Shown here: one piece after another, positions 10,003-20,316 of the stretch
Layout: each line of letters begins with the position of its first letter
Position numbering within the stretch: position 1 is the stretch's first letter
Notes under the pieces: generated by a model
Told to the model about the DNA's origin: nothing
The model's input: the letters and a program-made list of their open reading frames with translations, nothing else
Databases searched by the model: none
NCBI GenBank assembly: GCA_002293025.1
Contig: DBCL01000015.1
Span: forward strand, 24,590-88,589
Length of the DNA stretch: 64,000 nt
Source: Actinobacteria bacterium UBA959
GTDB lineage: Bacteria; Actinomycetota; Actinomycetes; S36-B12; UBA5976
Direction of reading: 5' to 3'
Position numbers and translations under genes: made by a program

Positions 10003-10941
10003 TTAGTTGCCATAATCGGCGAGTCGCTCTAAGGCGAGCGTCAAATCTATGGGCAGATCTGCAGTAAACCGAACCTGCTCCCCTGTCCTTGGATGCTTAA
10101 ATTCAAGCTCAATTGCATGTAGCCATTGTCTGGTCAAACCAAGTGCTGCAGCCATTTTTGGGTCTGCTCCATAGGTTAGGTCTCCCACACATGGGTGCCG
10201 CACTGCTGACATGTGGACTCGAATTTGGTGTGTTCGCCCAGTTTCCAATTCAATTCGCAACAACGAAGCCGACCTAAACATTTCTAAAGTGTCGTAATGT
10301 GTAACAGAAGGCTTACCGCCAGCAATTACTGCAAATCGGTAGTCCGCCCCAGGATGTCTGCCAATGGGAGCATCAATAGTTCCTGATCCTGGATCTGGAT
10401 AACCCTGAACAACTGTCTGGTAAACCTTCATCACAGATCTATCTCTAAATTGTTGCTTTAAGTCTGTGAAGGAATCTTCATTCTTAGTAATCACCATCAA
10501 TCCACTAGTGCCCACATCAAGTCTTTGCACGATGCCTTGGCGTTCCACATCTCCACTTGTGGAAATGCGGTGACCTTGACTAGTCAGCAGATCCAAAACG
10601 TTAGGCCCAGTCCACCCTACTGATGCGTGAGCTGCAACTCCAAATGGTTTGTTGATTACAACTACTTCGTCATCAGAGTAAATAACTGGGAGCTCAACAT
10701 CAAAGGGTGCTGCAATCAAAGATGGCTCTGCTTCAGATGCTGGTCGAGAAATTACATCCACTAGCCACCCCTTTTTCAATCTATCACTCTTTGAAATTGG
10801 ATCGCCATCAACAAAAACAGAGAATGATTCAATTAAATCAACTGCCTGTGTTCGCGAAATACCCAACAGGTTTGCAACGCCAACATCTGCGCGTTCACCA
10901 ATTAAATCATCTGTAACCGGATATGTGCGAGTTTCAGACAT
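10003..10941 (-). CDS. rluD: RluA-family 23S rRNA pseudouridine synthase (RluD-like)
   Basis: Catalytic motif VQRLDVGTSGLMVI and GRTHQIRVH. The track ORF begins at 10983, but Met15 (ATG at 10941) gives the usual 8-nt ATGTCTGA overlap with the lspA stop. Start trimmed by inference. Confidence 0.85.
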   Translation of the reverse strand: MSETRTYPVTDDLIGERADVGVANLLGISRTQAVDLIESFSVFVDGDPISKSDRLKKGWLVDVISRPASEAEPSLIAAPFDVELPVIYSDDEVVVINKPFGVAAHASVGWTGPNVLDLLTSQGHRISTSGDVERQGIVQRLDVGTSGLMVITKNEDSFTDLKQQFRDRSVMKVYQTVVQGYPDPGSGTIDAPIGRHPGADYRFAVIAGGKPSVTHYDTLEMFRSASLLRIELETGRTHQIRVHMSAVRHPCVGDLTYGADPKMAAALGLTRQWLHAIELEFKHPRTGEQVRFTADLPIDLTLALERLADYGN

Positions 10942-11437
10942 GTTTGTGATCCAATTCTCGTTTTTTAATAACAGCCAAAACAATGAAAACAGCGGCTAGC
11001 GAAATACAAATGTCAGCAAAGTTAAAAACTGGAAAATTTGGAATCTGCAAGTAATCAATTACATGGCCTTTCAAGCCGTGTGGTTCCCTAAAGATTCGAT
11101 CAAGGAAATTTCCTATTGCGCCACCAAGCAATAGTGCAAAAGCTGTGCCCCAAATTGGATCTGTTATCTTATTTGCGTATCTAATCAACATCCAGATTAT
11201 AAAAGCAGCGAGCACCGTTATTGCGATCGTGTAATTGCTACCAAAACCAAAGGCTGCTCCAGAATTTAGGACATGGGTTAGTTGAAGTACGGGGCCAACC
11301 GACTCTCCAAATACTTCGGGAATGATCACAATATTGGGTTTGCTAAATAAGGAACTTACGGCCAATGCCTTAAATGCCTGATCGAGGACAGTTATGACTA
11401 CAGCCGCACCATAGATTCGGGCGGCGAGAACACTCAC
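10934..11437 (-). CDS. lspA: Lipoprotein signal peptidase (signal peptidase II)
   Basis: 167 aa, four hydrophobic segments. NSGAAFG and FNFADICI (catalytic Asp regions). Confidence 0.85.
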   Translation of the reverse strand: MSVLAARIYGAAVVITVLDQAFKALAVSSLFSKPNIVIIPEVFGESVGPVLQLTHVLNSGAAFGFGSNYTIAITVLAAFIIWMLIRYANKITDPIWGTAFALLLGGAIGNFLDRIFREPHGLKGHVIDYLQIPNFPVFNFADICISLAAVFIVLAVIKKRELDHKHV

Positions 11438-11848
11438 TTAAACCTGCGCCTCTTCGGCACGCTTACATTCCACGCACTGAGTGGCGCGAGGATAAGCCAA
11501 GAGTCGGGCTTTCCCGATTGGCTGCTTACAAGAATCACATATACCAAAATTGCCCGATACCAATCTTTTCATCGCATCTTGAACTTGAAGTAATTGTTCT
11601 TTTGAATTCTCGATAATGCCCAATTGATACTCGCGCTCGACCATGAATGACCCAGACTCTGCTTGATCGTCGGAAGTGTCTCCAAAGCCTTCAGCTAATG
11701 CCTGAGCCTGCTGCTCAGCGGCTGCTAATTCAGAGGTCAGTTCAGAAATGTCTTCTTCAAGGGTGCGACGGACTGTTTCAACGTCCTTCTCGCTCCAGGC
11801 TCGTTCGCCCTTGCGGGTAGGTAATGCCGAACCGTCAGCCTTAGCCAT
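11438..11848 (-). CDS. TraR/DksA-family C4 zinc-finger protein
   Basis: 136 aa. Acidic coiled-coil N-terminal part followed by CDSCKQPI...CVECK (CxxC-N17-CxxC). Directly abuts the lspA start. Confidence 0.75.
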   Translation of the reverse strand: MAKADGSALPTRKGERAWSEKDVETVRRTLEEDISELTSELAAAEQQAQALAEGFGDTSDDQAESGSFMVEREYQLGIIENSKEQLLQVQDAMKRLVSGNFGICDSCKQPIGKARLLAYPRATQCVECKRAEEAQV

Positions 11849-11933
11849 TTCTGACCTCCCTTATCGAAGCGCCGGCGTAGCCTACAGGGAGTGACTACGC
11901 ATATCTCCAAAGTTCCAACTCATCAGGGGTATC

Positions 11934-14900
11934 GTGCGCACCCTAAACAACTTAAGAGATGGTGCTGTGGCCTCATATAAGGAGATCCCTCCTCGAGTGA
12001 ACCTGCCTGAAATGGAGCTATCCATATTGGATAGCTGGAACTCCAATGGCACTTTTGAACAAAGCACTAAGGCCTCGATCGGAAAGCCAAGATGGGTTTT
12101 CTATGAAGGTCCACCAACTGCCAATGGCAAGCCAGGTGCACACCATGTAGAGGCAAGAACCTTTAAAGACGTATTTCCTAGATATAGAACTATGAAGGGC
12201 TACCACGTCGAGCGCAGAGCAGGTTGGGATTGCCATGGTCTACCAGTAGAGATTGAAGTTGAGAAGGAACTGAACTTCAGTGGCAAGAAAGACATTGAAA
12301 AATACGGGATAGCTGCATTTAATGCTAAGTGTCGTGAGTCTGTATTGCGTCATGTTGGAGCCTTTACAGAAATGACTCAACGAATGGGTTACTGGGTGAA
12401 CTTTGATTCTGCCTATTGGACTATGGATCCTGCCTACATTGAATCTGTCTGGTGGTCACTTAAGCAAATTCATAAAAAGGGACTTTTAGTTGAAGATCAC
12501 CGAGTTAGTCCCTACTGTCCAAGATGTGGCACAGGGTTATCAGATCATGAGCTAGCACAGGGGTACCAAGATGTAGTTGATGAGTCAGCATATGTTTATA
12601 TGCCACTGACTTCTGGGCCGTTGCTAAGTGAATACCCAGGTCTCACTTTGATTGCTTGGACGACCACTCCCTGGACGTTGGTTTCCAATACTGCTTGTGC
12701 GGTTGGAAATGAAATTGAATACAGCGTTGTGAAATTTGAATCTAAAAACTTGCTTTGCGCATCTGCCTTAATAGACAAGGTGTTTGGGGATCAAGAAGTT
12801 CAGGTTGTTGGAAGTATTAAAGGTAGTGAAGTTGTGGGGCATCACTACAAACGCCCCTTAGATTGGGTCTCTTTTGCTGAATTTGATGCGCCACTGCTGC
12901 ATACCGTCTTACATGCTGATTTTGTAACTACTGCGGATGGCACTGGAATTGTGCATGAAGCGCCTGCTTTTGGTGCTGAAGATTTAGAGTTGTGTCGACC
13001 GCTTGGTCTTCCGGTAGTTAATCCCATCTCCCCTGACGGCAAGTTCTTAACAGATGTCCCAAATGTTGGTGGCATTTTCTTCAAGGATGCTGACAAGATC
13101 GTTCTTAAGTTTCTCAAACAAACAGAATTACTCTTTAAGCAATCCGCTTACCCACATCCATACCCACACTGCTGGCGATGCTCCACCAGGCTTATCTATT
13201 ACGCACAGCCGTCTTGGTACATTCGAACAACAGCTATTAAAGATAAGTTAATTGAGCAAAACACCGCTACAAACTGGTTTCCAGGAACGATTCAGTGGGG
13301 TCGTTACGGTGATTGGCTAAGAAACAACATCGATTGGGCTTTGTCCAGAAACCGATACTGGGGAACACCCCTTCCAATTTGGCGTTGTGAAGATGGGCAT
13401 CAAACTGTAATTGAATCTAGATCTGAGTTAAGTGAGTTAACTGGCACTGATTTGTCTAAGATGGACCCACATCGACCATTTATTGATGATGTTAAATTTG
13501 ATTGTCCACAGTGCTCCAAAATAGCAGTTAGAGTTCCAGAAGTCATTGATGTTTGGTACGACTCAGGTGCAATGCCTTTTGCTCAATGGGGTGCCCCTCA
13601 TCAGAATAAAGCAGAATTTGAAGCAACTTATCCAGCTGATTACATCTGTGAAGCAATAGACCAAACTCGTGGTTGGTTTTATTCGCTGATGGCAATCGGC
13701 ACTCTCGTTTTTGATCAAACCTCTTACAAAAATGTTGTTTGTTTAGGTCATATTCAAGATGAGCAAGGCCGCAAGATGAGTAAGAGTTTAGGCAATGTGC
13801 TAGATCCCATGGATTTGATGAATGAGCATGGTGCTGATGCCATTCGTTGGTTTATGTTGGCTTCGGGCTCGCCTTGGCAAGCACGTCGATTAGGTCACTC
13901 TTCATTGCAGGAAGTAGTCCGAAAGAACATGCTCACCTATTGGGCGACAGCTTCGTTTCAAGCACTTTACGGATCTATTGCTAAATTCGACTATTCCAAC
14001 GCTCCAGAAAATTCAAATAGACCAGTTATTGATCAGTGGTTAGTTAGCGAGACTAATCGGCTCGCCAAAGAAGTTGATCATGCAATGGATAGCTTTGACA
14101 CTCAACGAGCTGGAAGACTAATTGGTGAATTCATTGACCAGTTGAGTAACTGGTATGTAAGGCGAAATCGCAGAAGATTCTGGGATGGTGATCCAGCAGC
14201 TCTAGCCACTTTGCATGAAGCTTTACGCACTTTAACTCTGGTAATGGCACCATTTACGCCATTTATAAGTGACCGAATTTGGCAGGACCTGTTTGTCACC
14301 ACCACTGATCCAGAGATCAGCTCAGTTCATTTAGCATCTTGGCCCAGCTTTAACGATGAACTGATTAACAGTGACCTTCAAAACCAAATGCAAATTGTTA
14401 GAAGTGTTGTGGAATTGGGTCGAACTGCAAGAGCCGATTCCAAGATGCGCAACCGTCAACCATTACCAAGAGCACTCATTTCAACTGACGCCTGGAAATT
14501 ATTGACACTTGAACTAAGGGAGCAGATTTCTCAAGAATTAAATGTTAAAGAGTTAACCGATATGGCAAACCAAGGAGACTTGGTTTCGGTCTCGGTTAAA
14601 GGCGCATTCAAGAACCTAGGCAAGAAGCATGGTGCAAATACCCAGACAGTTGCTAATGCCTTGCAACTAGTTGATCCAGCTAAATTAGTCGCTGAAATTC
14701 GAAGTTCTGGCAGTGCCATAGTTAAGGTAGCTGGGGTAGAAGTAGCAATTGAGATTGATGATTTAGTAATCACTGAGACCCCAACAACTGGCTGGGCTGT
14801 TGCAACAAATGATGGGGTTTCGGTGGCTTTAGATCTGACTTTAACCGAAGATCTAATTTTGGAAGGCTTAGCTCGAGAAACAATTCGTCTAATCCAAGAA

Positions 14901-15107
14901 ACTCGTAAGTCTCTAGGCCTTGAAGTTACTGATCGAATCCAGGTTACTTATCAGGCAGATTCACAATTGGCTAGCGCGATTAGTCGACATAGCACTGAAA
15001 TTGCTGAAGAAGTGCTGGCTGTGGCACTAACTGCTGGGACTGAATCAACTTCGGCGAGCGCATCTGAAGAAGAACTTGGCTTAAAGATTTGGATAACAAA
15101 AGTCTAA
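11934..15107 (+). CDS. ileS: Isoleucyl-tRNA synthetase (long, type-2 form)
   Basis: 1057 aa. KMSKS present (GRKMSKSLGN), HIGH-region variant PGAHHVEAR, WCISR-like WALSRNRYWGTPLP. GTG start at 11934 preceded by CAGGGG. An in-frame GTG at 11967 is an alternative. Confidence 0.95.
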   Translation: MRTLNNLRDGAVASYKEIPPRVNLPEMELSILDSWNSNGTFEQSTKASIGKPRWVFYEGPPTANGKPGAHHVEARTFKDVFPRYRTMKGYHVERRAGWDCHGLPVEIEVEKELNFSGKKDIEKYGIAAFNAKCRESVLRHVGAFTEMTQRMGYWVNFDSAYWTMDPAYIESVWWSLKQIHKKGLLVEDHRVSPYCPRCGTGLSDHELAQGYQDVVDESAYVYMPLTSGPLLSEYPGLTLIAWTTTPWTLVSNTACAVGNEIEYSVVKFESKNLLCASALIDKVFGDQEVQVVGSIKGSEVVGHHYKRPLDWVSFAEFDAPLLHTVLHADFVTTADGTGIVHEAPAFGAEDLELCRPLGLPVVNPISPDGKFLTDVPNVGGIFFKDADKIVLKFLKQTELLFKQSAYPHPYPHCWRCSTRLIYYAQPSWYIRTTAIKDKLIEQNTATNWFPGTIQWGRYGDWLRNNIDWALSRNRYWGTPLPIWRCEDGHQTVIESRSELSELTGTDLSKMDPHRPFIDDVKFDCPQCSKIAVRVPEVIDVWYDSGAMPFAQWGAPHQNKAEFEATYPADYICEAIDQTRGWFYSLMAIGTLVFDQTSYKNVVCLGHIQDEQGRKMSKSLGNVLDPMDLMNEHGADAIRWFMLASGSPWQARRLGHSSLQEVVRKNMLTYWATASFQALYGSIAKFDYSNAPENSNRPVIDQWLVSETNRLAKEVDHAMDSFDTQRAGRLIGEFIDQLSNWYVRRNRRRFWDGDPAALATLHEALRTLTLVMAPFTPFISDRIWQDLFVTTTDPEISSVHLASWPSFNDELINSDLQNQMQIVRSVVELGRTARADSKMRNRQPLPRALISTDAWKLLTLELREQISQELNVKELTDMANQGDLVSVSVKGAFKNLGKKHGANTQTVANALQLVDPAKLVAEIRSSGSAIVKVAGVEVAIEIDDLVITETPTTGWAVATNDGVSVALDLTLTEDLILEGLARETIRLIQETRKSLGLEVTDRIQVTYQADSQLASAISRHSTEIAEEVLAVALTAGTESTSASASEEELGLKIWITKV

Positions 15108-15385
15108 AAGAGCGCTGCCACAAACCCCATCAGCATTTGAGTTCCGATAAAGAGCACCAAGAATCCCAAATCTAAAGAAACAGCTCCTAGACGAATTGGC
15201 TTGATATAACGCCTAATTGCGTTAAGGGGCGGATCAGTGATTGAGAATACGGTTTCAGCTATTACCAAAAGAAATCCCGTTGGTCGCCAAGTTCGTGACA
15301 GCACTTGCACCCAATCGATGATAAATCTAATAATTAATGTGAATAAGAACAGCCTCAGCAAGCTAAGGATTAAGGATTCAATCAT
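15104..15385 (-). CDS. yggT: YggT-family small membrane protein
   Basis: 93 aa, two TM segments. Conserved position after sepF. Stop overlaps the ileS stop (CTAA). Confidence 0.8.
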   Translation of the reverse strand: MIESLILSLLRLFLFTLIIRFIIDWVQVLSRTWRPTGFLLVIAETVFSITDPPLNAIRRYIKPIRLGAVSLDLGFLVLFIGTQMLMGFVAALF

Positions 15386-15819
15386 TATGACTGGTTGTAA
15401 AAACCATCTTCTAGAAGCTGAGCCCTAGCAGACGCGCCTAGATCAACATTTGCAGGACTTAACAAAAATACTTTGGAAGTGATTCTTTCAATTCTGCCAT
15501 TAAGTCCAAAAGTTAGTCCTGCCGCAAAATCCACAATGCGCCGAGCATCGATATCGTTTAACTCGGTTAAATTCATTATTACTGGGATACCTTGACGGAA
15601 ATCCTCACCAACTGGTTTGGCATCGTTATAAGAACGAGGATGCAAAGTTGTAATTCTAGAAACACCATCAGAAATAGATGGGGCTTCAGTTGGAGTAGAA
15701 ACCCCAGGCAGCGACTCGACAGTTCTTAGTGGTCGACTCGCAGCAACAGGAGCAGTAGTTGGCTCTTGGTCTTCCATCAGGCCCAAATAAACGGCCATCT
15801 TTCTAACTGAGCTTGCCAT
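15385..15819 (-). CDS. sepF: Cell division protein SepF
   Basis: 144 aa. C-terminal SepF domain YNDAKPVGEDFRQGIPVIMNL...RIVDFAAGLTFGLNGRIERITSKVFLLSP. Confidence 0.9.
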   Translation of the reverse strand: MASSVRKMAVYLGLMEDQEPTTAPVAASRPLRTVESLPGVSTPTEAPSISDGVSRITTLHPRSYNDAKPVGEDFRQGIPVIMNLTELNDIDARRIVDFAAGLTFGLNGRIERITSKVFLLSPANVDLGASARAQLLEDGFYNQS

Positions 15820-15861
15820 GACATCCTCCTGTAGCGTGCGGGGAACACGATTAACCCAAAG

Positions 15862-16560
15862 TTACCTGATCTGTCCCCTATTCCCCAGCAACAAGGAGCC
15901 GATTCTTAGGTGTGTCGCCCCAAATTCCAAAGCGGCCTCCCAGTCCGAACTCATCCCGATTGAACGGCAGTTAGCTTCTGGAAATTCATTCTCGAAATTC
16001 AGAGCCACTTCAGCAAAACTCGCAAAGGCAGATCTTGGCTCAATATCCAATGGTGCAACAGCCATCAAGCCCTTCAATTCCAGCAAAGGCACGGCTTTTA
16101 CTTGCTGGGCTAACTCAAATAATTGTCTTGGGTTTGTTCCCCCGCGCCTCTCATTTAAATGATCTTCTAGATTGACCTGTAAAAACACCTGGGTTGCGCG
16201 GTTGAGTTTTAGAGCGGCTGCGGCAAGAGAGCTTACGAGTTCTGCTCTATCAACCGAATGTAAAACGTCTGAATATTTCAAAATAGAATTGATTTTATTT
16301 CGTTGAATTTGTCCAATAAAATGTTGAGTCAACCCAAGTGAACCAACTAATTCTTGCTTAGCGGATGCCTCCTGATCTTTGGATTCACCAATATCAGATA
16401 TTCCTAACTTCTTTAAGATTTCTATATCGGATGCGGGCCAGGTCTTTGTTACTGCGATTAATGTGACTTTATCTAGGCGATTAAGGTTGGCTAGTTTTTG
16501 GCGGATTGCGTCTTGCAAATTGGTTAAATTAGATCGCAACTGCTCTTCACGACTGATCAT
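15862..16560 (-). CDS. yggS: YggS/YlmE-family PLP-binding protein
   Basis: 232 aa. TLIAVTKTWP (PLP lysine), HFIGQIQRNK, LRIGSLLLG. Confidence 0.85.
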   Translation of the reverse strand: MISREEQLRSNLTNLQDAIRQKLANLNRLDKVTLIAVTKTWPASDIEILKKLGISDIGESKDQEASAKQELVGSLGLTQHFIGQIQRNKINSILKYSDVLHSVDRAELVSSLAAAALKLNRATQVFLQVNLEDHLNERRGGTNPRQLFELAQQVKAVPLLELKGLMAVAPLDIEPRSAFASFAEVALNFENEFPEANCRSIGMSSDWEAALEFGATHLRIGSLLLGNRGQIR

Positions 16561-17273
16561 TTAAGCCAAGCGACTGCTGCTTGTCTGCCAGTCACCCCAT
16601 CACCTCGATGCGAGAATAGTCGTTGATCACTGAAAGTGCAGGGTTGATCGTTGAGCAGTTCACAACCAAGATTTTTAAAGTAGTGTGCGATTCCTGCGCG
16701 CAGGTCTAATCCTGGCCTACCTAAATGTGTTGTTGTCCTACTTTCTGGCAACACTGCAGCTACTTGAGTTTGAATTTCTTCTCCAACTTCATAATACCTT
16801 CCTGAAATAGCTGGCCCTAAACTCATGGAAACTTTTAATGGATTGATTTCTTGTTGATCAAAAATACTAGAAATAACATGAGTTATTTTTTGGACCGCTC
16901 CCCGCCAACCAATATGAGCAACTAGCAGAAATTCTGATTCTTGTGATGCAGCTACCACAGACACACAATCTGCACTTGGTGCAGCCAAAGCAATATTTGA
17001 ACTTCTAGTAAAAAGAATGTCAGCGCTTGATGGCAACGTCTTGTCAAATACTTCAATTGATTTAGTTGAGTGTTCAGGTCGCATGAAGTGAATAGGTGCA
17101 GGAACTAAACTCTGTAAAATAGCAAGATTGCGAAAGACGTTTTCGTCAACATCCCCAACCCAGTTGGCAATATTAAGAGAGTCGTAAGGCGGAGGACTTA
17201 CACCTCCTGCCCTACCACTGAAGGCAAATTTGGCATTCTTCCCCAAGTCTCCTTGGGATAGCCAGAAATTCAC
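16557..17273 (-). CDS. pgeF: Laccase-domain protein PgeF/YfiH (peptidoglycan editing factor family)
   Basis: 238 aa. FSGRAGGVSPPPYDSLN, SADCVSVV, HIGWRGA. Confidence 0.85.
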   Translation of the reverse strand: MNFWLSQGDLGKNAKFAFSGRAGGVSPPPYDSLNIANWVGDVDENVFRNLAILQSLVPAPIHFMRPEHSTKSIEVFDKTLPSSADILFTRSSNIALAAPSADCVSVVAASQESEFLLVAHIGWRGAVQKITHVISSIFDQQEINPLKVSMSLGPAISGRYYEVGEEIQTQVAAVLPESRTTTHLGRPGLDLRAGIAHYFKNLGCELLNDQPCTFSDQRLFSHRGDGVTGRQAAVAWLK

Positions 17274-18466
17274 TACTTCAGAAAGTCTGGAACATCCAGA
17301 TCATCGTCTAAACCATCGGTTGCATCAAAAACAACTCTTGGTTTGAGTGAAGATGTTTCACCAACGGCCATTGGTAAAGAAATTTCTCCGGTGTCGTCTT
17401 GAATGTTTGCTGCTGACTCGAACTCAGGTGCGCCAGCTGCTGGTTCTTCCAGCGCAGGAGCAACCGAACTTGGGGTGATAGCTGTTGGTTCAGGGCGCTT
17501 GACTGGACGGGCAGCAGGCAGGCCATTTTCAAATCCGGCTGCAATCACTGTGACTCGAACTTCATCACCTAATGAATCATCTATAACAGCACCGAAGATG
17601 ATTGTTGCGTCTGGATGTCCTGCTTCAGCTACCAAACGCGCAGCGTCGTTAATCTCGAACAAACCAAGATCACTTCCACCGGCAATACTCATCAAAATTC
17701 CACGCGCTCCATCAATGCCCGCTTCGAGCAATGGGGATCGAACTGCCATCTCAGCCGCAGCCAGAGCTCGATTTTCGCCACGAGCAGCTCCAATTCCCAT
17801 CAAAGCAGCACCAGCATCTTTCATCACGCTTCTAACGTCAGCAAAATCAAGATTGATTAAACCTGGAGTAGTAATCAGATCGGTTATTCCAGATACACCG
17901 TGCAGTAGTACTTGATCTGCATGTTTGAAGGCTTCCACCACGCTAATCGCCTTATTACTTAACTGCAATAAGCGATCATTTGGAATTACGATCAAAGTAT
18001 CAACCTCGGCGCGTAACTCTTCAATTCCATCGTCTGCAGCAGATGCTCGTCTTCGCCCTTCAAAAGCAAAAGGACGCGTAACCACTCCGACAGTTAAGGC
18101 TCCCAGTTCTCTAGCAATTCGTGCCACAACCGGAGCACCACCCGTTCCGGTTCCACCGCCTTCGCCTGCAGTTACAAAAACCATGTCTGACCCGCGCAAC
18201 ACATCACGCAGTTCTTCTTCATGTTCTTCAGCAGCTTGGCGACCAATTAACGGGTCTGCTCCAGCACCAAGGCCCCTGGTCAAGTCTCGGCCAATATCTA
18301 GCTTCACGTCAGCATCACTCATCAAAAGTGCTTGGGCATCAGTATTAACAGCCACAAATTCCACGCCTTTGAGTCCCACGTCGATCATGCGATTAACGGC
18401 ATTGACACCTCCACCGCCTACGCCAACAACTTTGATCACTGCCAGATAATTCTGTGGTGCTGCCAT
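17273..18466 (-). CDS. ftsZ: Cell division GTPase FtsZ
   Basis: Tubulin signature [21 protein letters not shown]-terminal [10 protein letters not shown]. The track ORF starts at 18496, but ATG at 18466 ([20 protein letters not shown]) is preceded by GGAGGAAGC. Start trimmed. Confidence 0.97.
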   Translation of the reverse strand: MAAPQNYLAVIKVVGVGGGGVNAVNRMIDVGLKGVEFVAVNTDAQALLMSDADVKLDIGRDLTRGLGAGADPLIGRQAAEEHEEELRDVLRGSDMVFVTAGEGGGTGTGGAPVVARIARELGALTVGVVTRPFAFEGRRRASAADDGIEELRAEVDTLIVIPNDRLLQLSNKAISVVEAFKHADQVLLHGVSGITDLITTPGLINLDFADVRSVMKDAGAALMGIGAARGENRALAAAEMAVRSPLLEAGIDGARGILMSIAGGSDLGLFEINDAARLVAEAGHPDATIIFGAVIDDSLGDEVRVTVIAAGFENGLPAARPVKRPEPTAITPSSVAPALEEPAAGAPEFESAANIQDDTGEISLPMAVGETSSLKPRVVFDATDGLDDDLDVPDFLK

Positions 18467-18617
18467 GCTTCCTCCGTCACAAACTCTAAACTTCAACTAG
18501 AGAGTTAGAGTTATGTCAAGTATCTCTCCACGCAAGTTACGCCGAATAAGTTCATAGTTGAGTAATTGCGCGTGCGTGTCGCAATCATTTCTAGATTTAT
18601 CTTGTCACCATTCGTGC

Positions 18618-19145
18618 GTGCTTAAAATCAAACTTGCAGTCTTGACCTCGCTGCTTGTGCTCTCAGGTTGTTCGTTTTTTCAAGAAGAATCGAACATGAA
18701 TACGGCTGCTCCCCAAGCGCCACCGGACTTCGCACCCCCTTATGAAGTTAAACCTGAGGCTGAATCTGAGTTAACTGATGAAAATGCTGCCAATATGGAA
18801 AATCACAGCGATGATGAATTGGCAACAATTGGTGAAGCAGAACCTGGACTTGGTTCTGACCCAGCAGCGTTGGAATCAGCGTTTTATACCGGAACTGAAG
18901 ACCTATGTGCAGCTGTCTTTTCCAGTTTGAACGGTGAAGCTCTTGTTGGTAAGCGAATTGTGAGTATTAAGTGGTGCCGAACATTGGCCGCTCAACTTGA
19001 AGTTGATTTATCTTCGGATGACGAGTCGGTGGCTCACAAGCAAGGGTGGACTTTTACCAAACTTGCTGTTTTCCAAGCTCAACCAAAGTTGTGTTCTGTT
19101 TCAGGGCGCTGCGTGACATCGGCCCAGTTCGAGTACCCCTTCTAG
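18618..19145 (+). CDS. Hypothetical lipoprotein
   Basis: Lipobox LLVLSGC after a K-rich hydrophobic leader if translation starts at the in-frame GTG at 18618 (the track ORF starts at 18558). The mature part is acidic and Pro-rich, followed by a 4-Cys C-terminal region. No family recognised. Confidence 0.5.
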   Translation: MLKIKLAVLTSLLVLSGCSFFQEESNMNTAAPQAPPDFAPPYEVKPEAESELTDENAANMENHSDDELATIGEAEPGLGSDPAALESAFYTGTEDLCAAVFSSLNGEALVGKRIVSIKWCRTLAAQLEVDLSSDDESVAHKQGWTFTKLAVFQAQPKLCSVSGRCVTSAQFEYPF

Positions 19146-19241
19146 TCCTTTTTGGACTACCTTTAGCCAATTAACCCCGAACGGCCGGGGACACCTGCCG
19201 CACAAGCGTCCTGGAAACAGGCATGAACCTGAAGGAGTCAC

Positions 19242-20297
19242 ATGGCTAACGTTATATTTAAAAATGCCTCACGCGTTTACACGCCTGGTGCAAAACCTGC
19301 TGTCTCAGAACTCAATTTGACCGTAAATGACGGTGAGTTTTTAGTTTTGGTGGGACCTTCAGGTTGTGGTAAATCAACCACTCTTCGAATGTTAGCTGGC
19401 TTGGAGCCAGTTGATGGTGGATCGATATTCATCGGTGATCGAGATATAACAGGTGTTGCCCCTAAAGACCGAGACATTGCTATGGTCTTTCAGAACTACG
19501 CTTTGTATCCACATATGACAGTTGCTGCAAATATGGGGTTTGCATTACAAATTGCCGGAGTGGCTAAAGATGAGATTCGTCGCAGAGTTCAAGATGCAGC
19601 AAAACTTTTAGACCTCGAAGAATATCTAGAGCGCAAACCAAAAGCACTTTCTGGTGGACAACGCCAGCGAGTTGCTATGGGTCGTGCCATTGTTCGCGAA
19701 CCTCAAGTTTTCCTCATGGACGAACCTCTATCTAACTTAGATGCAAAATTGCGTGTCCAGACGCGAACTCAGATCGCTGCGTTGCAACGCCGATTGGGCG
19801 TTACAACGGTTTATGTAACTCACGATCAAGTTGAAGCCATGACTATGGGTGATCGAGTAGCGGTTCTAAAAGATGGGTTCTTACAGCAAGTAGACACTCC
19901 CAGAAATCTTTATGAAAATCCAGCAAATGCATTCGTAGCTGGCTTTATCGGCTCCCCCGCTATGAACCTTCTTGAAGGAACAGTCACTGACGGAGGTGTT
20001 GTCATTGGTGGATTCAAGGTGCCAGTAGAAAAAGGTACGAATGGCTCCAAGATTATTGTTGGTATGCGCCCCGAACACATGGATATGTCCAGTCAAGGAA
20101 TTGAAGTTAAGGTCAATCTTGTTGAAGAGCTTGGGTCTGACGCATACGTTCATGGAACAATTGCTGATGCCAGCGCTAAGGACATTACCGTTCGAATCGC
20201 GAGTAATTCTGGTGTAAAGCTTGGTGACAAGATTTTTGTTAAGCCTAATCGTGTTTTGGTATTCGATTCAGATGCTGAAGGGCGCCGCCTTAACTAA
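19242..20297 (+). CDS. Sugar ABC transporter ATP-binding protein (MalK/UgpC/MsiK-like), orphan of permease genes
   Basis: 351 aa. Walker A GPSGCGKST, signature LSGGQRQR, Walker B VFLMDEPLSNLDA, plus a C-terminal MalK-type regulatory domain. SD GAAGGAG lies upstream. Confidence 0.88.
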   Translation: MANVIFKNASRVYTPGAKPAVSELNLTVNDGEFLVLVGPSGCGKSTTLRMLAGLEPVDGGSIFIGDRDITGVAPKDRDIAMVFQNYALYPHMTVAANMGFALQIAGVAKDEIRRRVQDAAKLLDLEEYLERKPKALSGGQRQRVAMGRAIVREPQVFLMDEPLSNLDAKLRVQTRTQIAALQRRLGVTTVYVTHDQVEAMTMGDRVAVLKDGFLQQVDTPRNLYENPANAFVAGFIGSPAMNLLEGTVTDGGVVIGGFKVPVEKGTNGSKIIVGMRPEHMDMSSQGIEVKVNLVEELGSDAYVHGTIADASAKDITVRIASNSGVKLGDKIFVKPNRVLVFDSDAEGRRLN

Positions 20298-20316
20298 CAC
20301 AGGTTAGATATTAAAT

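Noticed and set aside
11849-11999. Possible T-box leader upstream of ileS (AGAGATGGTGCTGTGG vaguely resembles the T-box sequence GGGTGGTACCGCG)
   Set aside because: The similar stretch lies inside the IleS reading frame. This part of the frame encodes ...SYKEIPPRVNLPEMELSILDSW, which looks like a normal IleS N-terminus. The true 5' spacer is only 85 nt and shared with a divergent gene. I could not fold a specifier stem or an antiterminator.
17403-18449. Long plus-strand ORFs (170, 174, 81 and 75 aa) antisense to ftsZ
   Set aside because: They lie entirely inside the well-supported ftsZ gene. They encode low-complexity Ala/Pro/Ser/Thr/Arg-rich sequence typical of the antisense frame of a GC-richer, strongly codon-biased gene. 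None has an independent start context.
18483-18519. TTGACA (18519-18514, minus strand) and TAGAGT (18488-18483), considered as an ftsZ promoter
   Set aside because: The two hexamers are 25 nt apart, which is too far. No acceptable -10 lies 16-18 nt after the TTGACA. A transcript starting after the TAGAGT would begin within or next to the ftsZ SD. The promoter position is left unresolved.
19144-19190. Two small hairpins after the lipoprotein gene (AGTCC-TTTTT-GGACT and CCCCG-aacggc-CGGGG), considered as terminators
   Set aside because: The stems are only 5 bp and lack a following U-tract. This is not sufficient to call an intrinsic terminator.
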